Assembly (NCBI GenBank): GCA_047601185.1
Contig: JASGJS010000001.1
Coordinates: forward strand, 1,217,305 to 1,281,304
DNA length: 64,000 bases
Source of the DNA: Gammaproteobacteria bacterium
GTDB lineage: Bacteria; Pseudomonadota; Gammaproteobacteria; JAURND01
Direction of reading: 5' to 3'
The notes beneath the pieces were generated by a model. That model saw only the letters and a list, made by a program, of their open reading frames with translations, was not told the DNA's origin and made no database searches. Both the position numbers and the translations under genes were made by a program. Each line of letters starts with the position of its first letter. The stretch's first letter is position 1. This document shows, one piece after another, positions 38,054 to 48,602 of this stretch.

Positions 38054-39106
38054 ATGCCCGTTATAAAATTTGGTTCAGAATCTGAAAAAGTCGTCACGCG
38101 TGAGGAATTTTCTTTACAAAAAGCCCTTGAAACATTAAAGCACGAAGTCATCGCTGTCATTGGTTATGGCGTACAAGGGCCTGCTCAAGCGCTGAATTTA
38201 AGAGATAATGGTTTTAATGTGATTGTCGGGCAGCGCGAAAACTCCCCCTCTTGGGCACAAGCAGTCGCAGATGGCTGGGTGCCAGGAAAAACCTTATTCA
38301 ATATTGAAACCGCCTGCGACAAAGGAACATTCATTTGCTATTTAGTATCTGATGCTGCGCAAATGCAATTGTGGCCAACGGTTAAAAAATATTTAACGCC
38401 TGGCAAAACGTTATATTTTTCCCATGGCTTCTCCGTGACATATCAAGCACGAACGCAAGTCGTTCCGCCTACGGATATTGACGTCATTTTAGTTGCACCC
38501 AAAGGTTCAGGGCGTAGCGTGCGCAAATTATTCTTAGAAAAAAAAGGCATCAATTCTAGCTATGCGGTATTTCAAGATGTTTCAGGTCAGGCTGAAAAAA
38601 AAGCTGTAGCCTTCGGTATTGGCGTGGGTTCAGGTTATTTATTTCAAACCACTTTTGAGAAAGAAGTCTACAGCGATTTAGTGGGAGAGCGCGGGGTATT
38701 AATGGGCGCATTGGCCGGTATTATTAAAGCGCAATATGCAGTATTACGTCAACATGGCCATTCACCGAGCGAAGCGTTTAACGAAACGGTAGAAGAACTG
38801 ACTCAAAGCTTAATCCCCTTGGTGGCGAATAAGGGCATGGACTGGATGTATGAAAATTGTTCGACCACTGCGCAACGTGGTGCGTTAGATTGGTTGCCGA
38901 AATTTCAAGAAGCCGTTATGCCAGTATTTGAAGCGTTATATCAAAGTGTCGAATCAGGTCAAGAGACAGCGCGTGTCATTACTGCTAACAGCCAAGTAGA
39001 CTATAAAGAAAAATTACAAGCAGAATTGACAGAAATGCGTAACGAAGAATTATGGCAGGTAGGGGCCACATTGAGAAAATTACGTCCAGGAAATGATAAC
39101 GTATGA
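38054..39106 (+). CDS. ilvC: Ketol-acid reductoisomerase (short class I)
   Basis: IGYGVQGPAQALNLRDNGFNV Rossmann/NADPH motif. 350 aa. Confidence 0.85.
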   Translation: MPVIKFGSESEKVVTREEFSLQKALETLKHEVIAVIGYGVQGPAQALNLRDNGFNVIVGQRENSPSWAQAVADGWVPGKTLFNIETACDKGTFICYLVSDAAQMQLWPTVKKYLTPGKTLYFSHGFSVTYQARTQVVPPTDIDVILVAPKGSGRSVRKLFLEKKGINSSYAVFQDVSGQAEKKAVAFGIGVGSGYLFQTTFEKEVYSDLVGERGVLMGALAGIIKAQYAVLRQHGHSPSEAFNETVEELTQSLIPLVANKGMDWMYENCSTTAQRGALDWLPKFQEAVMPVFEALYQSVESGQETARVITANSQVDYKEKLQAELTEMRNEELWQVGATLRKLRPGNDNV

Positions 39107-40899
39107 AAGCGCATTATCAGCTTATCGATTTTATTTCTAAAAAACCGGTCATACCGAACGGATTGGTTTTTGCAGGTGAAGACTCTCCTTGGGAAGTGCA
39201 GATGGATATCTCTGCGATCAAGGCGCAACTCGATTTAAATTATTTTAAAATGGCGCCAGCAGGATTGGCGAAATATTTGCCTTTTATGCCGATTAAAAAG
39301 AATTCTGAATTTGTATCGCTCAAAGAAACTGCGACACCTTTGATTAAAAGCCAAGCGTTAGGGAAACGTTTAAATTTAGAGTTATATTTTAAAGTAGAAG
39401 GGAAAAATCCTACCGGTTCATTTAAAGACCGTGGTTCAGCAGTCGATATCACTGTTGCACGAGAATTTAAGGCGCCAGGGATTGTTTTAGCTTCAACCGG
39501 TAATATGGCCGCTTCTTGTGCTTGCTATGCCGCAGCGGCCAAAATCCCTTGTTTTATCTTTGTGCCAGAAGGGGTTGCTGTTGCAAAGTTAGCGCAAGTC
39601 ATTGCTTATGGTGGGCGTATTGTGCAAATTAAAGGCACTTATAATGATGCTGCCACCTTAGCACTCTCCTTAGCGCATAAATTGGGTTTTTATTTAGCAG
39701 GGGATTATGCCTATCGTGTTGAAGGCCAAAAAACCGCAGCCTTTGAAATGATAGATCAATTATTTTATCAAGCACCTGATTGGGTGGTGGTGCCGATTGG
39801 CTGTGGCACCAATATGACCGCTTATAAAAAAGGATTTAGTGAATATCAACAATTAGGATTGATTAACCAAATGCCGCAATTATTAGGGGTTCAAGCTGAA
39901 GGCGCAGCGGCAGTGGTGCATAGTTATCAAAAACACAGCCAGCAGATCGAAGGTTTAGCGCAAGCGGATACCTTAGCTTCAGCGATTGCCGTGCCAAATC
40001 CTATTGATGGCGTTAAGGCTTTAGAAGCGATTTATAGCACCAATGGCAGTGCTGTCGCGGTAAGCGATTCTGAAATTTTACAAGCGCAATATTTATTATC
40101 TACGGAAGAAGGATTGTTTGTCGAAAGCGCATCAGCAGCCACCATCGCAGCTTTAATAAAATCCCCACATTTAATCCCGCCTGGATCTAAAGTGGTTTGT
40201 GTCTTAACCGGCGATGGTTTAAAAGATGCTGGTGTTGTATTGAAAGCTGCCATTAAGCCCGCGACAATTTATCCTAATGACAACGAATTTTTAGCACTCT
40301 ATCAAAATAATTTTTTCAAAGGCAAAAGTATGATTTTTGTGGATAAAAATCAAGTGCTGTTTGAAAAAAAACCGAGTATTGAAGACATCAGAACGCAGAT
40401 CACTACTTTAATTGGCGCCAGCTATTCGGAAGTGTATTTGGTCAGGATTCAATCTATTTTGGATAAAATACTCACGAAAGGGAAAGCCATTACCGTTTCA
40501 GATTTTCAAGACAGCATGCAAGACGCCCTCGAAATGCCTTTATATCAAAACAAAGCAGTTTTTTCTGTGCAGGATTTTACCGTGACGACCCGCAAAGATC
40601 GTGTTGCGGAAGCGACCGTCACAGTAAAAATTGCCGGCGAAGAATATCAGGCTACAGCAGAAGGAACAGGCCCCGTGGATGCGATTATCAAAGCATTAAG
40701 TTCTGCCTGCCACACGCAAATTGATTTCAAATTAACCGAATACAAAGTAGAAATTCGTAGCCATGGCACTGACGCCGTGGTTTATGTAGAATTAAAACTC
40801 GTCAAGAATCAAGCATACTCATTAGGATGTGGAACATCTCCTGATATTGTTCAAGCTTCTATCGAAGCCTTTGAAGAAGCGTATAATGGATTCGTTTGA
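39103..40899 (+). CDS. Fusion protein: threonine-synthase-like fold-II PLP enzyme + C-terminal LeuA-type allosteric (LeuA_dimer) domain
   Basis: KNPTGSFKDRGS PLP-lysine motif (ThrC-type). C-terminal 150 aa has GTGPVDAIIKAL...EYKVEIRSHGTDAVVYVELKL...AYSLGCGTSPDIVQASIEAFEEAYN, matching the LeuA/CimA regulatory domain. Sits between ilvC and ilvD and overlaps the ilvC stop. Confidence 0.8.
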   Translation: MKAHYQLIDFISKKPVIPNGLVFAGEDSPWEVQMDISAIKAQLDLNYFKMAPAGLAKYLPFMPIKKNSEFVSLKETATPLIKSQALGKRLNLELYFKVEGKNPTGSFKDRGSAVDITVAREFKAPGIVLASTGNMAASCACYAAAAKIPCFIFVPEGVAVAKLAQVIAYGGRIVQIKGTYNDAATLALSLAHKLGFYLAGDYAYRVEGQKTAAFEMIDQLFYQAPDWVVVPIGCGTNMTAYKKGFSEYQQLGLINQMPQLLGVQAEGAAAVVHSYQKHSQQIEGLAQADTLASAIAVPNPIDGVKALEAIYSTNGSAVAVSDSEILQAQYLLSTEEGLFVESASAATIAALIKSPHLIPPGSKVVCVLTGDGLKDAGVVLKAAIKPATIYPNDNEFLALYQNNFFKGKSMIFVDKNQVLFEKKPSIEDIRTQITTLIGASYSEVYLVRIQSILDKILTKGKAITVSDFQDSMQDALEMPLYQNKAVFSVQDFTVTTRKDRVAEATVTVKIAGEEYQATAEGTGPVDAIIKALSSACHTQIDFKLTEYKVEIRSHGTDAVVYVELKLVKNQAYSLGCGTSPDIVQASIEAFEEAYNGFV

Positions 40900-40905
40900 T
40901 GTTTC

Positions 40906-41060
40906 TAAGAGGATTTGAACTGGCGCGCTTTTACCTTCTCCCCATAGGAGATTTGAGGTGATGAGCTACTTACTTCTCCCTCTGTGGGAAATTTGAAATG
41001 GCGAGCTGTTGCCTTCTCCCCCTGTGGGAGAAGGTGGCCGAATAGGCCGGATGAGGGGTA
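40906..41060. repeat. Three degenerate tandem ~40-bp subunits of the mosaic element ending in the CCTTCTCCC..GGGAGAAGGTGGCCGAATAGGCCGGATGAGGGG arm
   Basis: atttga(a/g)..gagct...ccttctcccc.t..gg.ag repeated three times, read directly. Confidence 0.65.
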
Positions 41061-41087
41061 ACAAAAGAAACTTTCAGGAGGATTTAG

Positions 41088-42761
41088 ATGTCATTCAATA
41101 AATACAGTGCTCACATCACGCAACCGCGCTCCCAAGGCGCGTCACAAGCCATGCTGCACGCCATAGGCCTCACAGAAAAAGATTTAAACAAGCCACAAAT
41201 CGGCATTGCCAGCATGTGGTACGAAGGTAACCCTTGCAACATGCATCTGCTCGAGTTAGCTGATGTCGTTAAAGCTGGTGTCAACGCACAAGGATTAATA
41301 GGCTTACGTTTTAATACGATTGGCGTCAGCGATGGCATTTCGATGGGCACCACAGGCATGTGTTATTCTTTGCAATCTCGCGATCTCATCGCAGATTCGA
41401 TTGAAACCGTCATGGGTGCGCAATGGTATGATGCTTTAATTGCCGTGCCGGGTTGTGACAAAAACATGCCTGGTTGCTTAATGGCCATGGGGCGGTTAAA
41501 TCGCCCCAGTTTAATGGTGTATGGCGGCACGATTAAAGCGGGTCATTTAAATGGCGAAACCATCGATATTGTATCGGCTTTTCAAAGTTACGGTGAATAT
41601 ATCGCGGGAAAAATTGATGACGCAGAACGCAAAGCCATTATTCAACATGCGTGTCCCGGCGCAGGTGCTTGTGGCGGGATGTATACCGCCAATACCATGG
41701 CCTGTTCAATTGAAGCATTAGGCATGAGTTTGCCTTATAGCTCGTCCAATCCTGCATTATCATTGGAGAAACAACAAGAATGCGCACAAGCAGGCGAAGC
41801 CATTAAAATATTATTGGAGCGTGATATTAAGCCCAAAGATATCATGACTAAAAAAGCCTTTGACAATGCGATTACACTCGTCATTGCGTTAGGCGGTTCG
41901 ACCAATGCGGTTTTGCATTTAATTGCGATGGCGCGCGCAGTTGATATTGATTTAACGCTAAAAGATTTTCAAGACATCAGCGCACGCACTCCATTATTAG
42001 CAGATTTCAAACCTTCTGGAAAATTTGAAATGGAAGATTTGCATCATTATGGCGGCACGCCAGCCGTGATGAAACTGCTATTAAACGCAGGTTATTTGCA
42101 TGGAGATTGTCTGACAGTGACCGGCAAAACTTTAGCAGAAAATTTAGAACCATTACCCGCATTAAGTGAAGGTCAGCCTATCATTCATCCTTTAGATCAT
42201 CCACTTAAAGCCAATGGTCATCTCCAAATATTATATGGCAACCTAGCACCTCGAGGCGCTGTCGCAAAAATTACCGGCAAAGAAGGCATGCGTTTTAGTG
42301 GTCCCGCCAAAGTGTTTGACTCAGAAGATGAGATGATTCATGCCTTGGAAGCCAAACAAATCCAAGCCGGTGACGTCATTATCATCCGTTACGTCGGACC
42401 TCAAGGCGGCCCCGGCATGCCAGAAATGCTAAAACCCACCTCAGCGATTATGGGTGCTGGATTAGGCAAAGACGTCGCTTTAATTACGGATGGACGTTTT
42501 TCAGGCGGCTCGCATGGTTTCATCGTCGGACACGTGTGTCCAGAAGCGCAAGTCGGAGGGCCCTTAGCCTTGGTGCAGGATGGAGATAAGATCACCATCG
42601 ACGCTGAACAAAATATTGTCACGTTGGATTTAACAGATGTAGAACTCGCTGAACGTCGTAAACAATGGGTGATGCCGCCCTATAAAGCAGATCGAGGCAC
42701 TTTATTTAAATATATTAAAAATGTAGCGCCGGCGGATTGTGGGTGTGTGACGGATGAGTGA
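41088..42761 (+). CDS. ilvD: Dihydroxy-acid dehydratase
   Basis: CDKNMPG Fe-S motif, [17 protein letters not shown]. 557 aa. Confidence 0.95.
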   Translation: MSFNKYSAHITQPRSQGASQAMLHAIGLTEKDLNKPQIGIASMWYEGNPCNMHLLELADVVKAGVNAQGLIGLRFNTIGVSDGISMGTTGMCYSLQSRDLIADSIETVMGAQWYDALIAVPGCDKNMPGCLMAMGRLNRPSLMVYGGTIKAGHLNGETIDIVSAFQSYGEYIAGKIDDAERKAIIQHACPGAGACGGMYTANTMACSIEALGMSLPYSSSNPALSLEKQQECAQAGEAIKILLERDIKPKDIMTKKAFDNAITLVIALGGSTNAVLHLIAMARAVDIDLTLKDFQDISARTPLLADFKPSGKFEMEDLHHYGGTPAVMKLLLNAGYLHGDCLTVTGKTLAENLEPLPALSEGQPIIHPLDHPLKANGHLQILYGNLAPRGAVAKITGKEGMRFSGPAKVFDSEDEMIHALEAKQIQAGDVIIIRYVGPQGGPGMPEMLKPTSAIMGAGLGKDVALITDGRFSGGSHGFIVGHVCPEAQVGGPLALVQDGDKITIDAEQNIVTLDLTDVELAERRKQWVMPPYKADRGTLFKYIKNVAPADCGCVTDE

Positions 42762-42872
42762 GTTTTAACTCATCTTGGCTTCCTAATTGCACTTCATTTG
42801 TGAATCGGCGGTTGATTTTAGGACAAAAATATATGGCTAATCAACAGAGGATGGAGTCCGCAAGAACGTATG

Positions 42873-43190
42873 TCATACTTCTTTACAAGTGCAACATAAG
42901 GTCAGGTATACTGCTTCTGTTAAAGTCGCACAATTTAATTTCTGTTTAATAGATTTACGGTAGGTTTCTATTGTAGATTGTTTAACGCCTAATAGTTGCG
43001 CTGTTTGTTGAGCAGTTCTACCTTGCGCTGCCGCCAGGATACACCGTCGTTCTTGTGGCGCAAGCTTTTGATAATTATGAGAAAATTTGGATTTTTCTAG
43101 GGATTTAAGCTGAAGCTCTTGTATGACACATGACTCTCGATTCTCTTCAGGGCTTAAAAGGTTTTCAGACATTTCTTCGGGATTACTCAT
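42873..43190 (-). CDS. Stand-alone LuxR/GerE-family HTH transcriptional regulator
   Basis: C-terminal LAPQERRCILAAAQGRTAQQTAQLLGVKQSTIETYRKSIKQKL. 105 aa with no receiver domain. Confidence 0.7.
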   Translation of the reverse strand: MSNPEEMSENLLSPEENRESCVIQELQLKSLEKSKFSHNYQKLAPQERRCILAAAQGRTAQQTAQLLGVKQSTIETYRKSIKQKLNCATLTEAVYLTLCCTCKEV

Positions 43191-43360
43191 ACTGACTTAC
43201 GCCTCTGTCGCATTAAATTTAATATTGCTATTATTGGGTAACGATATTTGAGGGGATAGGACCCCATTAAGTATTTTGACCATTATTTTAATCAAATATT
43301 GATTAAAATAATGTAGTCCAAACGCCCAATGTGCTATTAATTTTGATTTAAGGGGAGAAA

Positions 43361-44002
43361 ATGGGGTCAAAACAACTGTCTAGGCATGGTCATCAGACCC
43401 CAGAGGCAAGAGGGTTAAGGGTTCGTTATGTGCGGGACACACTTTTAAGGTATTCACGACGAAAATTTGGGGATAAATATGACATACCTGCGCCCACGCT
43501 TCAAAATTGGGAAATCGGGAAATATGGGGGGCTAACTGAAAAGGGGGCCCTAAAATTGCTGAATGCCTTTGCCTCGGAAGGAATCCCTGTCACTTTAGAG
43601 TGGCTATTTTATGGGCATGGCTTAGAACCATCAGGCCCAATAGCTCCAACTTCATTAGTTCAACTTGATCAAAATATTACGCGTGAACTACAGTTTTTTC
43701 ACCAGTTACATCCAAATACAATTGATTTTATTGTGACTGATAACTGCATGAGCCCCATGTTACGAAAAGGAGATTTAGTTGCTGGAATACGATATTTTTC
43801 AGAAGAAATTAAAAAAATATCAGATGAATACTGTATCATTCAACTGAAAAATGGTGAAACAATGATATCTAGTTTTGAAGTTGATAAAAATACATGTCTT
43901 TTGAAGAAGATGCAAGTGAAGTCGGTCGTTTTAACTCTGCCATTAGATGCTATATTTAGCATAGCTCCAATTTTGTGGATTAGACGCAAAGTCATCAAAT
44001 AA
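43361..44002 (+). CDS. CI/LexA-like repressor: XRE-type HTH + S24 peptidase domain
   Basis: N-terminal HTH (...YDIPAPTLQNWEIGK). C-terminal DNCMSPMLRKGDLVAG (Ser nucleophile context) with a downstream Lys. Confidence 0.6.
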   Translation: MGSKQLSRHGHQTPEARGLRVRYVRDTLLRYSRRKFGDKYDIPAPTLQNWEIGKYGGLTEKGALKLLNAFASEGIPVTLEWLFYGHGLEPSGPIAPTSLVQLDQNITRELQFFHQLHPNTIDFIVTDNCMSPMLRKGDLVAGIRYFSEEIKKISDEYCIIQLKNGETMISSFEVDKNTCLLKKMQVKSVVLTLPLDAIFSIAPILWIRRKVIK

Positions 44003-44113
44003 AATTGAAACTATAGTTAGTTGCTGGCGCGACGCGGCAATCCAGCTCTTTATATTCTGAACTAAACTTTGTACGAACAAATTACTCGCGCCAGCGATTA
44101 GTTACTGAGCATT

Positions 44114-45124
44114 TCATTCGTCTTCTAAATTTTTCAAATATTCTTTCAAGCTGGTTATTGAATTCAGATCGATACCAAATAGGTTTCCAGAGAGTAGGCA
44201 GTAATAATACGTTTGTTGACCACCTAATAAAGAGGTTGCTGGATGCATATATTTTTCCCATTCAGCAGGGGGTGTTTTTGTATCTTCTTCTGTATGGAAA
44301 TAAGGGAATTTTTGGCGTGTCCTAAGCGCCATCTGAATTTCTTCAGGTGCCTCTTCTACCTCAGAAAAATCTGTCAAGCTGCTCATTTCAATTTCATCTT
44401 TCATTAATAGCCAGGTAGGTTCTGCCTTATCATTCAACAATAAAAAACTTCCTTGATTATCTAAAAGATAAAATTCTACGATATTTTTATCTTCGCATAT
44501 GCTGTAAAAGAATTCTGCAAATACCGGGTCATCTAATAATGTTAACATGGGCTGATTGATATTAGCTTCAATTGCCCCTCGCAGATAATCTGATAATTCT
44601 AGAAAGTAACTTAACAACAAATCTTCAATCGCTTTATTCAAAACGGGCATTAAATTAGGAGTGCTTTTTTGAATAAATTGATGGATACGTCTTTCATTAA
44701 AAGCTTTAACGGCTAAATCGTTTTGAGCCTCTCCAGTCAACAACAGCTTCTTAATAAATTTATCTCTAACCGCATCACAACACTCAAGGCCATTATATCC
44801 AGGCATGGCATAGTCTGCCACTAACAAAGATATTTGCTTAAAGCGATTTTGGTTGTAAATTTCTGAATAAATGTCTCTTAAGCTTACTTGGCTAACGATT
44901 AAATTGGCTTGCGCGCTATCTTCATCAAAAGTAACGCAACGATTAATGAAAGGATCTGGCTTATAATTTTTTAAAAAATTGACTAACTTGGTGGGGTCTG
45001 TGTAGTACTGACAAAGGAGCTTATCATCCAAGCCCATTTTTAAACCATCCAGATAGTTTTCTTGATCATCCACCAAAATAATTGTGGTTGGATAATAACA
45101 CAAGCTGACTCGACTTCCTTTCAT
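44114..45124 (-). CDS. Response regulator with atypical receiver and ~180-aa uncharacterised C-terminal domain
   Basis: TIILVDDQE acidic pocket, LLVADYAMPGYNG phospho-Asp, KKLLLTGEA, AVKAF. 4-nt overlap with the upstream histidine kinase. Confidence 0.65.
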   Translation of the reverse strand: MKGSRVSLCYYPTTIILVDDQENYLDGLKMGLDDKLLCQYYTDPTKLVNFLKNYKPDPFINRCVTFDEDSAQANLIVSQVSLRDIYSEIYNQNRFKQISLLVADYAMPGYNGLECCDAVRDKFIKKLLLTGEAQNDLAVKAFNERRIHQFIQKSTPNLMPVLNKAIEDLLLSYFLELSDYLRGAIEANINQPMLTLLDDPVFAEFFYSICEDKNIVEFYLLDNQGSFLLLNDKAEPTWLLMKDEIEMSSLTDFSEVEEAPEEIQMALRTRQKFPYFHTEEDTKTPPAEWEKYMHPATSLLGGQQTYYYCLLSGNLFGIDLNSITSLKEYLKNLEDE

Positions 45125-46689
45125 GATTTATCCTCACTAATCTTGGGAAAAAATAAAACAAATGCAGTATATTCACCTTCTTCAGAGGAACAGGTAATAT
45201 TGCCTCCTAGAGATTTCATCACATTCTTGCAAAATGTTAGACCGACGCCAGCGCCATGATACGTTTTACTGAAAAAACGCTTGAATATCTTTGAAACAAT
45301 CTCTTTAGGAATGCCTGAGCCAGTATCTCTGAATATTACCTTATTATACTCTTTATCTGTCTCAAGTAAAATGCTTATTTTTCCTTTGCTTACCTTAGCC
45401 ATGTGGTACAAAGCATTTTTTATGAGGTTAAAAAAGACATGGGTAACCAATAATTCCGCTCCTTGAACAGTAAAATCATTCACAGTATCAACTGACACCG
45501 AATCTTTTTCACCCGGCTGGAAAGGGTAGCGTTTTAGAACCTCTTCTATACAGCTTGACATTTTAAAAGTCTCTGAACTTTTAGCTGAAACCGATGTTCT
45601 CAGCTTAATGAGCAGCATATCAATAAACATAAAGGCGGAGCGGATTTCTGAGCGCATTCGCGATATGGAGCTTTTCAAAACCCCCATTTTTTGGGAGGAA
45701 ATGGTTCTTTCGATCAACCCTGCCTCCTCAGCTTTTTCGTAGCCTTCTAAAAGAGTGGGTAAGTATTTTTCAAGACCAGCGGTGGCAAGTTCTAAAGAGG
45801 CTAAAGGCGTGCGGATTTCGTGGGCGATGCTGGTGCTAACAGCAGACATTCCATCTAGTCTGTATTGTATTTCTCGATCTCGAGCTTCTTTTTCTCTAGT
45901 AATGTCAAATGACACCCCTAGTATGCCGATAACTTCGCCAATTTCATTATATAAAGGTGTTTTTTTGGAAAGATAAATTACTTTTTTTCCATTCGGCAAA
46001 ATTAAAGGCTCTTCAACAGTTAATGTAATTTTATTATTAATAACTTCTTGGTCTGCTTTGGTTATTGCGTCGCCTTCTTTTTTTACAAGTTTTTCAGAAG
46101 TTTTTGTGTTTCTTAAAATTTCATAATTATTTTTCCCTATCATTTCTTTCGGAGAATTGAACCCAAAATTTTCAGCTTGCAGAAAATTACATCCAAGTAA
46201 TATACAATTTTTATCTTTCCAATATATGTGAGCAGGAATACTTTCCATGATAGTATTTAATGTGAGCTTTGTTTCTGCTATTTGTTTTTCTAAATGTTTT
46301 TCTTTATTTTTTTGCTCAGTAATGTCCAGTGATATGCCTAGTATTCCTATACAGGCTCCTTCTTCATTTAATAAGGGTACTTTATTAGATAAAAAATAGC
46401 AAAACTGACCATTGGCAAGAGCAGAGGTTTCTTCAACCAATTTGGGTAAATTTGACCGCATAATGCCGATATCTGCTTTTCTAATATCATCCGCCTGAGC
46501 TTTCCATGGCATGTCGTAATCAGTTTTGCCTATCATCTCATCTACGGTATATCCAGCAGACTCCGCTTGAGCGTTATTGCAACCTAAAAATGCACCTTTC
46601 TGATCTTTCCAATATATATGGCCAGGCAAAAAACGAGCCAAATTTTTCAAAGAAGTATTGAGTAAAGACAGATCAGACAAGTTTTCCAT
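45121..46689 (-). CDS. Cytoplasmic sensor histidine kinase with two PAS domains
   Basis: Two PAS blocks (HIYWKD..LGCN), H-box SHEIRTPLASL, N/G1/G2 boxes (GSGIPKE, GAGVGLTFC). Confidence 0.85.
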   Translation of the reverse strand: MENLSDLSLLNTSLKNLARFLPGHIYWKDQKGAFLGCNNAQAESAGYTVDEMIGKTDYDMPWKAQADDIRKADIGIMRSNLPKLVEETSALANGQFCYFLSNKVPLLNEEGACIGILGISLDITEQKNKEKHLEKQIAETKLTLNTIMESIPAHIYWKDKNCILLGCNFLQAENFGFNSPKEMIGKNNYEILRNTKTSEKLVKKEGDAITKADQEVINNKITLTVEEPLILPNGKKVIYLSKKTPLYNEIGEVIGILGVSFDITREKEARDREIQYRLDGMSAVSTSIAHEIRTPLASLELATAGLEKYLPTLLEGYEKAEEAGLIERTISSQKMGVLKSSISRMRSEIRSAFMFIDMLLIKLRTSVSAKSSETFKMSSCIEEVLKRYPFQPGEKDSVSVDTVNDFTVQGAELLVTHVFFNLIKNALYHMAKVSKGKISILLETDKEYNKVIFRDTGSGIPKEIVSKIFKRFFSKTYHGAGVGLTFCKNVMKSLGGNITCSSEEGEYTAFVLFFPKISEDKS

Positions 46690-47944
46690 GATTTACTTCT
46701 TCTCCATGAATATTTTTCAAAGTGATTTCTCGAATATTAGATTCCTTTGAAAATGAAATGAGGTTATCAATGATATCACAATAAATATGCCTAATCAAGA
46801 AAGTCTCATAATTGTCTAAGCAGCATCCAAGCTTCATTGCCAAATTTAGCGCTTCAGCATACTCTTGTTCCATTTTTAAAATTCTTTCATAATTTTCGAG
46901 ACTAATCGAATTTTTTTCCAACAATTCTCGATATGGGTTGTCAAATAATTTTGAAGAATATTGTCTATGTTTTGCCATATTGAGTAAAATAACATTTTTT
47001 AACCCAATTTGGTTTAATTTTTCCAAAAAAAAACTTGAAAATTTATAATTATTAATTTTTGATATTCCTTTTATCACTATACTGCTTCGCTTAAAGTCAT
47101 CTATGTCTGAATTTTTGCATAAATCGAAATCAGTTAAACTTTTATTGGGATGGTATAAAAAATTCCCAATACCTTCTACAGATAAAACCAGAAAAATATT
47201 ATTTTTTAAACAATGTTCCAATATTATTTTTGTTACTTCAAAACATGGTAAAATATATCTTTTATCTTGATCAACTATTTGCAGATTAAATAAAATTTCT
47301 TTTCTATTGGTATATTGAGGAATTTCAGAAGAAATATCATAGATAAATTGACAAGATAATTTTGAAATATTTTTTTGAAAATAATGCATAGTGTTTTTGG
47401 CAAATGTTCTACTTGATTTTGCGGTGTTGCAAAATTTTTCGTAATCAATTCCTCGTGAAATTCCAGTGTTGTCTATAATAGAAAAATTTGTTAGTATGTA
47501 AGATTGAAGTAAAAATAAAATGTTTGATGGAACTTCAAAAATCATATCTTGCTTAGTAAGGAAGTCTTTCAAAGTTTCAGGCTTATCTAATTCTTTGTTA
47601 TAACTTCCAAAAAAATCTTTAGCCAAGTTTCTAAGGTTCTCTAATTTATTTAAACATTTTTTGTTTAATTCTTGATACATAAAGGTATTGTATGATTTAA
47701 AATAATTATTTTGATTTCGTGAAATTAGGAAAATTTGATAGGCTCTTATTTGACATAAGGTGTCACCAATGTGTGGATCAAACTTGTATAAATTTTTTCT
47801 GTTATAAAATTCATAACAAGAATCGGCAATTGTCATTAAGAAAAAGCTTAATAATCCAATGACATTGATTTTGCTAGTCCTATCTTTTAACAAATAATTA
47901 TCTTTCCAGGGAAATATTTTTAGACAATTGTTCTCGACTTTCAT
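46673..47944 (-). CDS. AT-rich hypothetical protein (423 aa), co-operonic with the HK/RR pair
   Basis: Long ORF that overlaps the HK gene start by 17 nt. Strongly AT-biased and N/K/I/F-rich. No motif recognised. Confidence 0.5.
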   Translation of the reverse strand: MKVENNCLKIFPWKDNYLLKDRTSKINVIGLLSFFLMTIADSCYEFYNRKNLYKFDPHIGDTLCQIRAYQIFLISRNQNNYFKSYNTFMYQELNKKCLNKLENLRNLAKDFFGSYNKELDKPETLKDFLTKQDMIFEVPSNILFLLQSYILTNFSIIDNTGISRGIDYEKFCNTAKSSRTFAKNTMHYFQKNISKLSCQFIYDISSEIPQYTNRKEILFNLQIVDQDKRYILPCFEVTKIILEHCLKNNIFLVLSVEGIGNFLYHPNKSLTDFDLCKNSDIDDFKRSSIVIKGISKINNYKFSSFFLEKLNQIGLKNVILLNMAKHRQYSSKLFDNPYRELLEKNSISLENYERILKMEQEYAEALNLAMKLGCCLDNYETFLIRHIYCDIIDNLISFSKESNIREITLKNIHGEEVNHGKLV

Positions 47945-47992
47945 AAAAGACTTCTCACTAAAGTATATAGTTTATGCGCTGATGATATTAAT

Positions 47993-48265
47993 TTATTTTT
48001 TTATTCTGTATAAGCAAATTAAAAAAGTTACAATTCCGCAAGTTATAAGACTTAATAGATAGCCTATGGCTAACGTCAGATCATGATGCAAATATCCATG
48101 TAAAATTGTAAAAAGTTGAATCAAATTAAATCCAAAAAAAGTAATTAAAGAGAATCCGACTGCATCTTTGGTTTTATAGAGTCGGATAGCTTGTGGCACG
48201 AATAAAGCTGCATTTACAAATAGTCCTAAACTGAAAAAAGTTTCTATAAAGCTTTGAAGCCACAT
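47993..48265 (-). CDS. PQ-loop (SemiSWEET-like) 3-TM membrane protein
   Basis: 90 aa with three hydrophobic helices. LFVPQAIRLYKTKDAVGFS PQ-loop motif in TM1. Confidence 0.55.
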   Translation of the reverse strand: MWLQSFIETFFSLGLFVNAALFVPQAIRLYKTKDAVGFSLITFFGFNLIQLFTILHGYLHHDLTLAIGYLLSLITCGIVTFLICLYRIKK

Positions 48266-48602
48266 AATGATCTCCTCACCCCATGATTAAGGGCAAAATC
48301 CTTCTACGAAGGCCGATGTTTACCTCTGACTCACAGGAATGATTTAATTATACTACCTATTTTTGGGGATATGAATATATTAACTATTAAAAATGCCAAC
48401 AATTAATATATTTAAATATTATATAGCTGCGATATAATACTATTTTTTTGTAATAATTCGAAATTCTTACCGCTAAACAGCCTGAAGCAGATTGGGTGAT
48501 TGGGAGGTTGATGTAACTGATCAATATAACTGGTTGACTTAAACTAACCCCCAGGCTATCCTTACTTAAATACGGTTTTCCGAATTTAAGTAGGGTTAAT
48601 TT

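Noticed and set aside
44017..44094. GCTGGCGCGA...TCGCGCCAGC inverted repeat between convergent genes as a bidirectional terminator
   Set aside because: 10-bp arms separated by ~58 nt with no flanking U/A tracts. At best a weak structure.
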